From contig JABMPX010000005.1 of the NCBI GenBank assembly GCA_013203625.1, positions 2,305 to 66,304 on the forward strand: a DNA stretch of 64,000 nucleotides. Direction: 5' to 3'. Under the pieces are notes generated by a model, which saw only the letters and a list, made by a program, of their open reading frames with translations, was not told the DNA's origin and ran no database searches. This document shows positions 1 to 8,906 of this stretch, one piece after another. Both the position numbers and the translations under genes were made by a program. Within the stretch, counting starts at the first letter, position 1; every line of letters starts with the position of its first letter. Source of the stretch: Parcubacteria group bacterium (GTDB lineage: Bacteria > Patescibacteriota > Minisyncoccia > Portnoybacterales > UBA2143).

Positions 1-318
1 CTGATTGCCTATAATGGGACAGATGAAATGATAGCTGCTGTAAAAAGCATTGTTCAAGAAGCGCGCAAGAATAAAGGTTTGAAAATAAAGCCTAGATTGT
101 TAGAAAGCCATCTTTGGTCCCATAATTTGCCGCCGGTTGATTTAGTTATTAGAACAGGCAGCGAAGGTGATCCCCATAACAGCGTTGGCTTTATGATGTG
201 GCACACAACTAATAGCCAATTGTATTTTACTAAAACAATGTACCCTGATTTTGAACAAAAAGAGTTTGCTAAGGCAATTAGCGATTTTGTCAAACGGCAT
301 AGGCGTTTTGGCAAATAA
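1..318 (+). CDS. uppS: undecaprenyl-diphosphate synthase (cis-prenyltransferase), C-terminal part; 5' end lies outside the window
   Basis: Frame 1 is open from nt 1 (LIAYNGTDEMIAAV...). LVIRTGSEGDPHNSVGFMMWHTTNSQLYFT...YPDF matches the conserved C-terminal region of cis-IPPS enzymes. Confidence 0.7.
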   Translation: MIAYNGTDEMIAAVKSIVQEARKNKGLKIKPRLLESHLWSHNLPPVDLVIRTGSEGDPHNSVGFMMWHTTNSQLYFTKTMYPDFEQKEFAKAISDFVKRHRRFGK

Positions 319-323
319 GGAAA

Positions 324-1397
324 ATGAATAAAGATAAACTCAAATTTAAATCTTTTCAAAAGCTTTTTAATCAATACCAGAGAAAAATAAATCTTGAACT
401 AGAAAAGTTTTTTAATAAGAAAATAAAAGAGAGTTCTGTATTATTCACCCAAGCAATAGAAACGATAAAAATATTAAGAGATATTAATTTAGGTGGCGGT
501 AAAAGAATCAGGCCTATTTTGATTAACATCGGATATTTTTTAGCTGGTGGCAAAGACAAAAAAGCAATTTTAAAAACTTGTCTATGCATAGAGCTTATCC
601 ATAATTGGTTTTTGATCCATGATGATATTATCGATCAGGATGAATTGAGGCGTGGCCGGCCGTCTCTCTACAAGCTTTATCAAGAAAAGATGAAAGATGA
701 CCATGCAGGGATTTCTTTAGCGATTGTAGCAGGGGACATTAGCGCTGCTTTAGGATATTGGCTATTAGCCAATGGCAGGTTTCAAGAAAAATTCAAGACA
801 AGAGCTTTAAATATTTTTTATCAAACAGTGGTTAATACTTGTCATGGAGAAATGCTGGAGTTGTTTATCAAAGAGGATAAAGATAAGCTTAAGGAAAAAG
901 ATATTCTCAATCTCTGTGAGTATAAAACAGCTTATTATACTTTTGTTAATCCTTTAAAAATCGGAGCAGTTCTGGCTGGAGCAAATGATAGATTTTTAAA
1001 ACAGATAGAGAAATTTGCTTTACCAATCGGAATCGCTTTTCAGATTCGCGATGATATATTAGGTTTATTTGCCTCTCAAAAAAAATTAGGCAAGCCGATT
1101 GTCTCGGATATAAAAGAAAATCAGCCCAATCTTTTGATTTTTAAGACTTTAGCTTTAGCTAATTTAAAAGACAGGCAAGAATTTAAAAAATATTTAGGTA
1201 AGAAAAATTTAAGTTGGAAAGACATTCAGCAGATCAGGAAAATAGTTAAACAAAGCGGTTCACTTGATTATTGTCAAAAATTAGATAGATCTTTGATTGA
1301 TAAAGCTAAATTAAAGTTGCAGAAAATAAAAATGCCGCAAAAAGAAAAAGAATTTCTTTTAACTATGGCAGATTATATAATTGATAGACCATATTAA
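324..1397 (+). CDS. trans-polyprenyl diphosphate synthase (FPP/GGPP synthase family)
   Basis: Two aspartate-rich motifs: LIHDDIIDQDELRRGRP (FARM) and FQIRDDILG (SARM). Confidence 0.75.
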   Translation: MNKDKLKFKSFQKLFNQYQRKINLELEKFFNKKIKESSVLFTQAIETIKILRDINLGGGKRIRPILINIGYFLAGGKDKKAILKTCLCIELIHNWFLIHDDIIDQDELRRGRPSLYKLYQEKMKDDHAGISLAIVAGDISAALGYWLLANGRFQEKFKTRALNIFYQTVVNTCHGEMLELFIKEDKDKLKEKDILNLCEYKTAYYTFVNPLKIGAVLAGANDRFLKQIEKFALPIGIAFQIRDDILGLFASQKKLGKPIVSDIKENQPNLLIFKTLALANLKDRQEFKKYLGKKNLSWKDIQQIRKIVKQSGSLDYCQKLDRSLIDKAKLKLQKIKMPQKEKEFLLTMADYIIDRPY

Positions 1398-1400
1398 ATT

Positions 1401-2024
1401 ATGGATAGTTTAATCAGCCAATTAATTGAACAGAAATATCTTAAAAGCCCGCAAATCATTGATGCATTTAAGAAAATCAAGCGGGCTGATTTTGTTCCAA
1501 CAGAGATTATAAAAGAGAAAGGAAAAAGTTTTGTTGAGGAATATAACGCGCCCTTGCCAATTGGTTATAGCCAGACAATTTCTCAGCCATTAACAGTGGC
1601 TTTTATGCTGGAACTGCTTCAGCCAAAACTAGGAGATAAAATTTTGGATATTGGATCAGGCTCTGGCTGGCAAACAGCCATGCTTTGTCAAATAGTTGGT
1701 TCAAATGGTTTTGTTTGGGCTATAGAACGAATTTCAGAATTAAAAGATTTTGGTCAGGCTAATCTTAGTAAATATAATTTTAAAAATGTTGAATTTATTC
1801 ATGGAGACGGCTCAAAAGGATTATTAGATAAAGCTCCTTTTGATAAGATTATCACAGCTGCCTCTGCTGATCAAATTCCTCAACAATGGAAAGATCAATT
1901 AAAAAACAAAGGGCGTTTAGTAACGCCTATTAAAAATAGTATTTGGCTGTTAATTAAAAAAAATAAAAATCATTTTGAAGAAAAAGAATATCCAGGATTT
2001 GTATTTGTCCCTTTAGTGACTTAA
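1401..2024 (+). CDS. pcm: protein-L-isoaspartate O-methyltransferase
   Basis: GYSQTISQP substrate motif and SAM motif I ILDIGSGSGWQTAML; 207 aa. Confidence 0.7.
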   Translation: MDSLISQLIEQKYLKSPQIIDAFKKIKRADFVPTEIIKEKGKSFVEEYNAPLPIGYSQTISQPLTVAFMLELLQPKLGDKILDIGSGSGWQTAMLCQIVGSNGFVWAIERISELKDFGQANLSKYNFKNVEFIHGDGSKGLLDKAPFDKIITAASADQIPQQWKDQLKNKGRLVTPIKNSIWLLIKKNKNHFEEKEYPGFVFVPLVT

Positions 2025-2046
2025 TTCAAATCTGATTTAATAAAAT

Positions 2047-3042
2047 ATGAAATCAAAAATTTTATGGGGCGTTTATCTGTTAATAATTGTTTCTATTTGC
2101 TGGTTAATTTTTATTTTTGCCAGTCACCAAATCAATACTCCATTGACCATTGATGGAGTCGAAAAAACTTTTGTTATAAAAAAAGGAGAAGGACTAAAAG
2201 GAATAAGTGAGAACTTGGAAGAATCTGATTTAATCAGAAAGGCCTTTTGGTTCAAATTTTATGTTTTGACAAATGGATGGGCAGCTCGTTTGCAAGCAGG
2301 CGAATATTATTTAGATTCTTCTTTAAGTATCCCTCAAATAGCCCAGAAAATAATTAAAGGAAAAGTTATTTCTCCGGAAGTAACTGTAACTATTCCGGAA
2401 GGATTTACTTTAAAGCAGATTGATGCTCGTTTAGCTAGTCTTGGCTTAATTCAGCCAGGAAATATTGTTAATTTTAATGTGAATCAAATTTCAAGCTTTG
2501 AATTTGAAGTTTTAAATTTAGAAGGTTATTTATTCCCTGATACTTATAGATTTAATTATGGAGCAACAGAGCAAGAAATCGCTGAAAAGATGTTTGATAA
2601 TTTTAATAAAAAATTAACAGAGGATTTAAAAAACGAAATAATTAAACAAGGCAAAACCATTGAGCAAATTATTATTATGGCCAGCTTGATAGAAAAAGAA
2701 GTGCGAATTTATGAAGATAGGCAAATTGTTTCAGGTGTTTTTTGGAAGCGTTTTGATAGTCATTATCCATTACAATCCTGCGCTACTATTGCCTATGTTC
2801 TTAATACTGATAAATGGCGTTATTCTATTAAGGACACTAAAATTGATTCCCCTTATAATACCTATCAGAATATAGGGCTGCCAATAGGCCCGATTAATAA
2901 TCCTGGCATGTCAGCAATTCGAGCGGCTATTTATCCCAAATACACTGATTATAATTTCTTTTTATCAAAGCCAAGCGGAGAAACAGTTTTTAGTAAAACC
3001 CTAGAAGAACATAATCAGAATAAAGTTAAATATTTAGAATAA
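2047..3042 (+). CDS. mltG: endolytic murein transglycosylase MltG (YceG family)
   Basis: N-terminal TM anchor, GEYYL...PEGFTLKQI and GLPIGPINNPG motifs typical of YceG/MltG. Confidence 0.65.
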   Translation: MKSKILWGVYLLIIVSICWLIFIFASHQINTPLTIDGVEKTFVIKKGEGLKGISENLEESDLIRKAFWFKFYVLTNGWAARLQAGEYYLDSSLSIPQIAQKIIKGKVISPEVTVTIPEGFTLKQIDARLASLGLIQPGNIVNFNVNQISSFEFEVLNLEGYLFPDTYRFNYGATEQEIAEKMFDNFNKKLTEDLKNEIIKQGKTIEQIIIMASLIEKEVRIYEDRQIVSGVFWKRFDSHYPLQSCATIAYVLNTDKWRYSIKDTKIDSPYNTYQNIGLPIGPINNPGMSAIRAAIYPKYTDYNFFLSKPSGETVFSKTLEEHNQNKVKYLE

Positions 3043-3049
3043 TCAGGAC

Positions 3050-3078
3050 TTGACAATAATTTTGTAAGAGATTAAACT
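3050..3078 (+). promoter_or_regulatory. sigma70-like promoter TTGACA-N17-TAAACT upstream of rplJ
   Basis: TTGACA at 3050-3055, 17-nt spacer, TAAACT at 3073-3078. The same architecture recurs before grpE. Confidence 0.35.
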
Positions 3079-3180
3079 AGAATAAAGTCATAGATAATAG
3101 GCAGTTAATCAACATAAGGCCTATCGAGACAAAATATCTTTTTGTATTTGTCTATGGCTATCCATGGATTTTTTATTTAC

Positions 3181-3699
3181 ATGATTACCAAAGAGCAAAA
3201 AAAAGAAATAGTTAAAGATTTGGTTGATAAATTGTCTCGCCAGAAAACAGTTATTTTTTTTGATTACACGGGCCTTAAGGTTAATCAATTTCAAAAACTA
3301 AGAGCTCAATTAAAAGAACAGGGGATAGATTGTCAAGTAAGCAAGAAAAGTTTAATTGATTTGGCTTTAGAAAAATCTGGTTTTAAAAATATAGCGATAA
3401 AGAATTTGCCTGGACAGATCGCTTTGATTCTTGGATATGACGATGAAGTTTTGCCTACAAAGATCCTGTATAACTTTTCAGAAGAGAATAAGGAACTAAA
3501 GATCGTAACTGGTTTGATACAGGGAGAACATTTAGAAAAAGAGGCTCTAATTGAATTAGCAAAATTACCTTCAAAACAGGAATTATTGTCTAAATTAGTT
3601 GGTAGTCTTTCATCACCAATATCTGGCTTAGTTAATATTTTCAAGGGAAATTTAGAAAAATTAGTTTTTATATTTAAAAACATAAAACTGGAAACATAG
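3181..3699 (+). CDS. rplJ: 50S ribosomal protein L10
   Basis: MITKEQKKEIVKDLVDKL...VIFFDYTGLKVNQFQKLRAQL is the L10 N-terminus. The ORF-track start at 3142 was trimmed to the ATG at 3181. Confidence 0.8.
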   Translation: MITKEQKKEIVKDLVDKLSRQKTVIFFDYTGLKVNQFQKLRAQLKEQGIDCQVSKKSLIDLALEKSGFKNIAIKNLPGQIALILGYDDEVLPTKILYNFSEENKELKIVTGLIQGEHLEKEALIELAKLPSKQELLSKLVGSLSSPISGLVNIFKGNLEKLVFIFKNIKLET

Positions 3700-3777
3700 G
3701 ACTTGAAAAAATATTCTAAAGCTATAGAATAAGAATAAGTTTCAATTTCTAGGTTCCAAGTTTTATTTAAGAAAAAT

Positions 3778-4203
3778 ATGACAGAAGAAAAAGAATCTCC
3801 TAAAAAAGAAGGAAAAGTTCCGGCTAAGTTTAAGGACTTAATAAAGCAAATTGAAGATTTGACTGTTTTAGAATTAGCTGAATTAGTCAAAGTTCTAGAA
3901 GATAAATTTGGCGTTAGTCAAACATTAGTCGCTGCGGCTCCAGCAGCTGGGGGAGCAGCATCAACTGGTTCAGAAGGGGGAGCTGAAGAAAAAACTGCTT
4001 TTGATGTAGAATTAAAATCAGTTGGTGAACAAAAGATTTCTGTGATCAAAGTAGTTAAAGAGATTACTGGACAAGGACTTAAAGAGGCCAAGGATTTAGT
4101 TGATGGAGCGCCAAAGATAATTAAACAAGGCGTTAAAAAAGAGGAAGCTGAAGAGCTTAAGAAAAAGCTAGAAGAAGCCGGAGCAGTTGTTGAATTAAAA
4201 TAA
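3778..4203 (+). CDS. rplL: 50S ribosomal protein L7/L12
   Basis: Ala/Gly-rich hinge [11 protein letters not shown] and C-terminal [14 protein letters not shown]...[11 protein letters not shown]. Confidence 0.9.
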   Translation: MTEEKESPKKEGKVPAKFKDLIKQIEDLTVLELAELVKVLEDKFGVSQTLVAAAPAAGGAASTGSEGGAEEKTAFDVELKSVGEQKISVIKVVKEITGQGLKEAKDLVDGAPKIIKQGVKKEEAEELKKKLEEAGAVVELK

Positions 4204-4213
4204 AATACAAATT

Positions 4214-4789
4214 ATGTCCAAGGAAATATTAGAACAACTTTTTGACTCACCAGTTAAGGTCAGATTGCTTAAGTTGTTTTTGCGCAATCCAGGAGAGTCA
4301 TTTAGATTAAAAGATATAGCTAAGAGGACTAAAAGCGATATCCGTTCCTGCCAGCAGCAAGTTAAAAGATTGAATAATATCAATTTGATTAATAGCCGAA
4401 CTAAAGGAAAATTTAAAACTTATTTTGTTAATTCTGATTTTGATTTCTATAATGAACTAAAAACTTTAGTTCTTAAGTCCAGTCCTACTTCTAAGGAAAA
4501 GTTATTAAAACGATTAAAAGTATTAGGAAGAGTTAAATTAGCTATTATTTCTGGTGTTTTTATTAATTCTGATAATTCACGAGTGGATCTTTTAGTTGTT
4601 GGAGATGGTATTAAAAATAAAAAATTATCCAGCTTTTTAAAGGATCTAGAAGCAGAAGTTGGCAAAGAAATTGATTATGTTGTTTTTTCTACAAAAGATT
4701 TCGTCTATCGTTATGACATGTTTGATAGGTTTCTGCTGGACATCTTAGAAAAACCACATGAGAAAATAATAAATAAGTTGAAAGTATAG
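4214..4789 (+). CDS. hypothetical protein (possible winged-HTH N-terminal region)
   Basis: 191-aa ORF in the position usually occupied by rpoB after rplL. No recognisable catalytic motif. Confidence 0.35.
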   Translation: MSKEILEQLFDSPVKVRLLKLFLRNPGESFRLKDIAKRTKSDIRSCQQQVKRLNNINLINSRTKGKFKTYFVNSDFDFYNELKTLVLKSSPTSKEKLLKRLKVLGRVKLAIISGVFINSDNSRVDLLVVGDGIKNKKLSSFLKDLEAEVGKEIDYVVFSTKDFVYRYDMFDRFLLDILEKPHEKIINKLKV

Positions 4790-4862
4790 GACGATTAGCT
4801 CAGTGGTTTAGAGCACTGCATTCACATTGCAGGGGTCACAGGTTCGAATCCTGTATCGTCCA
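4789..4862 (+). tRNA. tRNA-Val (anticodon CAC)
   Basis: Cloverleaf: acceptor GGACGAT/ATCGTCC, anticodon stem CTGCA/TGCAG with loop TTCACAT, T-arm GGTTCGAATCC. No encoded CCA. Confidence 0.8.
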
Positions 4863-4877
4863 CGGATTCATTTGCTT

Positions 4878-5315
4878 ATGATAATTACTCCTCATATGTT
4901 AGTTGGCGTGGTTATTGGCGTTCAATCTCCTAATGTTTGGACTGCTTTTTGTTTTGGACTTATTAGTCATTATATTCTTGATTTTTTGCCTCATTGGGAT
5001 TATTTAAATAGTCTTAAAGTAAACAATAAATTAAAAATGTTTGTAAAGATAGGCTTAGATTTTATAATAGGAGTTATTATAATTTTTATTTTGATATGGG
5101 ATTATCCTCAAAAACTAATAATTATGTCTGCTTTAATTGGTTCTTTGTTGCCTGATGTTTTAGAATTCTTTTATGCTAATCTTAAAATGAAATGGTTTAG
5201 GCCTTTTCATAATTTTCATTTAAAGGTCCATCATTGGAAAGAACTTTCTTTTCTAAAAGGAATGCCAACAACTCTAATTGTTTGTTTAGGCGCTATTTTT
5301 CTTCTTGTTTTGTAA
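4878..5315 (+). CDS. hypothetical integral membrane protein (His/Asp-containing, DUF457-like?)
   Basis: Multi-TM ORF. The ORF-track start at 4827 overlaps tRNA-Val, so the ATG at 4878 (MIITPHML) is used. Confidence 0.4.
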   Translation: MIITPHMLVGVVIGVQSPNVWTAFCFGLISHYILDFLPHWDYLNSLKVNNKLKMFVKIGLDFIIGVIIIFILIWDYPQKLIIMSALIGSLLPDVLEFFYANLKMKWFRPFHNFHLKVHHWKELSFLKGMPTTLIVCLGAIFLLVL

Positions 5316-5359
5316 AAGTGGGGATAATTTGTGGATTAAATAAAGATATAATAATAACA

Positions 5360-5385
5360 AATGGCTTTAAAAAGCCATTTTTTGT
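5360..5385 (+). terminator. rho-independent terminator
   Basis: AATGGCTT-TAAA-AAGCCATT hairpin followed by TTTTTG. Confidence 0.5.
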
Positions 5386-5410
5386 TTTTAAAAGCTAAAT
5401 AATTCTGTGT

Positions 5411-5439
5411 TTGACAGGTACATATAAGTGACATATAAT
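5411..5439 (+). promoter_or_regulatory. consensus sigma70 promoter for the mraZ operon (TTGACA-N17-TATAAT)
   Basis: TTGACA 5411-5416, 17-nt spacer, TATAAT 5434-5439. Confidence 0.5.
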
Positions 5440-5458
5440 GGAAACTAAGTAGTCACTT

Positions 5459-5496
5459 GTGGATAAAAGTGGGGATAAGTGAACAAAATTGTGGAA
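5459..5496 (+). promoter_or_regulatory. putative MraZ operator: four GTGG(A/G) direct repeats at about 10-bp periodicity
   Basis: GTGGAT (5459), GTGGGG (5469), GTGAAC (5479), GTGGAA (5491), between the -10 and the mraZ ATG. Another GTGGGG/GTGGAT pair is at 5318-5336. Confidence 0.45.
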
Positions 5497-5500
5497 AACT

Positions 5501-5932
5501 ATGTTAATAGGAGAATACAAACATACAATTGATATTAAAAAAAGATTAGCTATTCCAGCTAAGCTAAGAAAAGAATTAGGCAAAGGCGCTGTTTTAACCA
5601 GAGGCCTGGATAATTGTTTGGCTCTTTATTCTCTTGAAGAATGGAATGGAATGGCTAAAAAACTTAGCCAGTTGCCAACAGGACAAATTGACGCAAGGGG
5701 ATTCAATAGAATCATTTTAGCTGGAGCAGTAAATGTAGAATTTGATAAATTAGGTCGAATTCTTGTTCCTGATTATTTAAAAGAATATGCTGGTTTAAAA
5801 AAGAATGTAATTGTTGCTGGTGTTTACAACCGATTAGAAGTTTGGGATGAAGCAAAGTGGAGAATTTATAAGAAAAAGATAGAAAAGGAGGTTGGTAATA
5901 TAGCTGAAAGATTGGGGGAGTTAGGAGTTTAA
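5501..5932 (+). CDS. mraZ: transcriptional regulator MraZ
   Basis: MLIGEYKHTIDIKKRLAIPAKLRKELG... shows the duplicated MraZ fold signature. Start set to ATG 5501. Confidence 0.85.
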   Translation: MLIGEYKHTIDIKKRLAIPAKLRKELGKGAVLTRGLDNCLALYSLEEWNGMAKKLSQLPTGQIDARGFNRIILAGAVNVEFDKLGRILVPDYLKEYAGLKKNVIVAGVYNRLEVWDEAKWRIYKKKIEKEVGNIAERLGELGV

Positions 5933-5936
5933 AATA

Positions 5937-6824
5937 ATGGACCATATTCCAGTTCTCTTAAAAGAAATTTTAAAGTATCTAGATCCTAAGCCTGGTCAAA
6001 ATTTTATTGATTGCACAGTTGGTTTTGCAGGACATAGTTTGGCTATATTAAAAAAGATTAAACCAAATGGCAAGGTGTTAGGGATTGAATTAAATGAAAG
6101 GGTCTTTAAAAAACTGAAACTTCAGATTTCCGATCAGAACAATATTTCTGTAATTCATGAAAACTTTATTAATTTGGAAAAAATTGTTAAAGAAAATAAT
6201 TTTTATCCAGTTAGCGGGATTTTATTTGATTTAGGGACATCCAGTTGGCAAATAGAAAAGAGCGGACAGGGATTTTCATTTCAGAAAGACGAACCATTGG
6301 ATATGCGTTCTGATAATAAAAATAATAATTTAACAGCTGAAGAGATTATTAATAATTGGGAAGAGAATAGATTAAAGCAGATATTTCAAGAATACGGAGA
6401 AGAAAGATTTTCAGGCAGAATTGCTAGAATAATCTGTGAAAAAAGACAGAATGAATTAATCAAAACAACGAATCAATTAGTAGAAGTTATTAGACAAGTA
6501 GTCCCGGTTAAATATAGATATAGAAGAAAGCATTTTGCTACTTGCGTGTTTCAATCCTTGCGCATAGCTGTTAATAACGAATTAGAAAATTTAACAAAGG
6601 TCTTGCCACAAGCTTTAAAAATATTACAAAAACATGGTAAATTGGCAATTATTTCTTTTCATTCTTTGGAGGATAGAATTGTTAAAAACTTTTTCCGAGA
6701 ACAAGCCAAAGAAGGAAATTTAGAAATCTTATTTAAAAAACCAGTTGTGCCGACTGAACAGGAGATAGAAATAAATCCTAGAAGCCGCAGCGCTAAGTTA
6801 CGAGTTGCTGTTAAATTGCTTTAA
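5937..6824 (+). CDS. rsmH: 16S rRNA (cytosine1402-N4)-methyltransferase RsmH/MraW
   Basis: MDHIPVLLKEILKYLDPKPGQNFIDCTVGFAGHS is the canonical RsmH N-terminus. Confidence 0.9.
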   Translation: MDHIPVLLKEILKYLDPKPGQNFIDCTVGFAGHSLAILKKIKPNGKVLGIELNERVFKKLKLQISDQNNISVIHENFINLEKIVKENNFYPVSGILFDLGTSSWQIEKSGQGFSFQKDEPLDMRSDNKNNNLTAEEIINNWEENRLKQIFQEYGEERFSGRIARIICEKRQNELIKTTNQLVEVIRQVVPVKYRYRRKHFATCVFQSLRIAVNNELENLTKVLPQALKILQKHGKLAIISFHSLEDRIVKNFFREQAKEGNLEILFKKPVVPTEQEIEINPRSRSAKLRVAVKLL

Positions 6825-6830
6825 AAAACA

Positions 6831-7172
6831 TTGCTTAAATTTATGATTGCTTATATCGAATCTAAAAAATTTCATAAAATTAACCATAATCGCGGTTTAG
6901 CTGTCTTAATTCTTTTAATTGTGTTTTCTATTTTCTCTCTAGTTTTTCTTTATTCTTTCCAAAGCAGCAGTATAGTTGCTTGTAGTTATGAAATTAGAGA
7001 ACAAAAAGAAAAGTTTAAAAATCTTCAAATAGAAAATGAAAATTTGGAAATGGGAATAACTCAATTACGTTCCCCGGCTAATTTAGAAGAAATAGCCCAG
7101 TCATTAAATATGGTTGAAGTAGAGCAAGTAATTTATTTAGGAGCAGAAAAAACAGTAGCTGTGAAGCAATAG
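6831..7172 (+). CDS. ftsL: cell division protein FtsL-like (single TM + coiled coil)
   Basis: Small bitopic protein with a leucine-zipper-like segment, positioned between rsmH and ftsI. Confidence 0.5.
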   Translation: MLKFMIAYIESKKFHKINHNRGLAVLILLIVFSIFSLVFLYSFQSSSIVACSYEIREQKEKFKNLQIENENLEMGITQLRSPANLEEIAQSLNMVEVEQVIYLGAEKTVAVKQ

Positions 7173-7173
7173 T

Positions 7174-8895
7174 ATGAGGCAATGGCGTATTTATGTATTA
7201 ATAGTTTTTGTTTTTTTATTAGGTAGCGGGGTTATAGCTCGTTTATTTTTTCTTCAGATTTTACAATACGATTATTATAGCGTTTTAGCTCAGGATCAGC
7301 AGCAATTTTTACAAACGCTTTTTCCTAAAAGAGGGGAAGTTTTTATGCAGGACTTATCTAGCAGTCAACGAAGCAATGAAGAGCATTATTTTTCTTTAGC
7401 TGTTAATAAAGAATTTAAACAGATCTATGTTGTTCCCAGAGATATTCCTAACGAAGAAAAAGAAGATTTATCCAATAAACTGTCTTATATTCTTGATTTA
7501 GACAAAGAAACCATTTTAAGTAGAATTAATAAATTAAATGATCCTTATGAACCTTTAAAACATAAAGTTGATCAGGAAATAGTTCAACAAATAAACGATT
7601 TAAACGCTGAAGGAGTAAAATTAGCTTTTGAAACATGGCGGCATTATCCAAATAATTCATTGGCTTGCCATCTGACTGGTTTTGTTGGCATAGTTGATGA
7701 AAAAAAAGTTGGCCAGTATGGATTAGAAGGTTTTTATGAGAACGAGTTAAAAGGAGAACAGGGGCTTTTAAAAGGAGAAAAAGATACTTCTGGCTATTGG
7801 ATTCCTTCTCTGAAACAGAAAATAGAGCCAGCTCAAGATGGAGCCAATCTTATTCTAACCATTGATCAGAATATTCAATTTAAAGCAGAAAAAGAGTTAA
7901 GGCAAGTAGTTGAAAAGTGGCAAGCGGAAAGCGGAACAATTATTATTATGGAACCGCAGACAGGCGCTATCCGGGCAATGGCTAATTGGCCTGTTTTTGA
8001 TCCGAATGAATATGGGAAAGTAGAGAATATAGATATTTTTTTAAATTCTTCAATTCAAAAAGTTTATGAACCAGGTTCAGTTTTTAAACCGATTACCATG
8101 GCAGCTGGATTAGATAGCGGGTATGTTTCGCCAGATACAATTTATATAGATGAAGGACAGATAAGAATAAAAGGAAGTGTTATTAGCAATGTTGACGGGA
8201 TAGCCTATAATAAACAAACAATGACCCAAGTTTTGGAAAAGTCTCTTAATACAGGAGCTGTTTTTGTCCAACAAAAGATTGGCACGGATGTTTTTCAGGA
8301 TTATGTGCAAAGATTTGATTTTGACCGGCCAACTGGCATTGATTTAATTGGCGAAGTTGGCGGTAATATTTCCAACTTATATACTGGTAGAGCGATTAAT
8401 TTAGCTAATATTTCCTTTGGACAAGGCATTACAGTTACTCCATTAGGATTGATTACGGGTTTAGGAGCAATTGCTAACAATGGAAAATTGATGCGTCCTT
8501 TTATTATCGAGAAGATAATTAAGCCAGATGGAGAAGAAATAATTACCGGACATCAAACAATTAGACAGGTTATTTCTTCACAAACAGCTGAAAATTTAAC
8601 AAAAATGTTGGTTAGTGTAGTTGATAATGGCTATGGTAAACCAGCTCAAATTAAAGGTTATAATGTAGCTGGAAAAACAGGAACAGCTCAAGTTCCTGAT
8701 TTTGAAAAAGGCGGTTATTCTGAAGACACTATTCATACTTTTGTTGGTTATGCTCCAGCCTTTGACCCTCAATTTATTATTCTGGTTAAGTTGGATAAGC
8801 CGCATGGAATTCGTTTTGCGTCTGATTCAGTTAGTCCAGTTTTTAAAAGAATAGCAGAGTATTTGTTTAATTATTTAGAGATACCACCACAGTGA
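7174..8895 (+). CDS. ftsI: penicillin-binding protein, FtsI-type transpeptidase
   Basis: N-terminal TM, SVFKP (SxxK) and KTGTA motifs; 573 aa. Confidence 0.85.
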   Translation: MRQWRIYVLIVFVFLLGSGVIARLFFLQILQYDYYSVLAQDQQQFLQTLFPKRGEVFMQDLSSSQRSNEEHYFSLAVNKEFKQIYVVPRDIPNEEKEDLSNKLSYILDLDKETILSRINKLNDPYEPLKHKVDQEIVQQINDLNAEGVKLAFETWRHYPNNSLACHLTGFVGIVDEKKVGQYGLEGFYENELKGEQGLLKGEKDTSGYWIPSLKQKIEPAQDGANLILTIDQNIQFKAEKELRQVVEKWQAESGTIIIMEPQTGAIRAMANWPVFDPNEYGKVENIDIFLNSSIQKVYEPGSVFKPITMAAGLDSGYVSPDTIYIDEGQIRIKGSVISNVDGIAYNKQTMTQVLEKSLNTGAVFVQQKIGTDVFQDYVQRFDFDRPTGIDLIGEVGGNISNLYTGRAINLANISFGQGITVTPLGLITGLGAIANNGKLMRPFIIEKIIKPDGEEIITGHQTIRQVISSQTAENLTKMLVSVVDNGYGKPAQIKGYNVAGKTGTAQVPDFEKGGYSEDTIHTFVGYAPAFDPQFIILVKLDKPHGIRFASDSVSPVFKRIAEYLFNYLEIPPQ

Positions 8896-8906
8896 TATAA
8901 AATAAA

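Noticed and set aside
54-374. Antisense ORFs embedded in well-supported genes (for example 54-374 -, 371-589 -, 3333-3890 -, 12232-12708 -, 23472-24059 -, 40653-40940 -, 45081-45389 -)
   Set aside because: Each lies fully inside a gene on the opposite strand that has clear family signatures. Their products are low-complexity with no motifs, typical of AT-rich antisense frames.
4827-4877. 5' extension of the membrane-protein ORF (MQGSQVRILYRPRIH...)
   Set aside because: It overlaps the tRNA-Val gene in the same orientation. Trimmed to ATG 4878.
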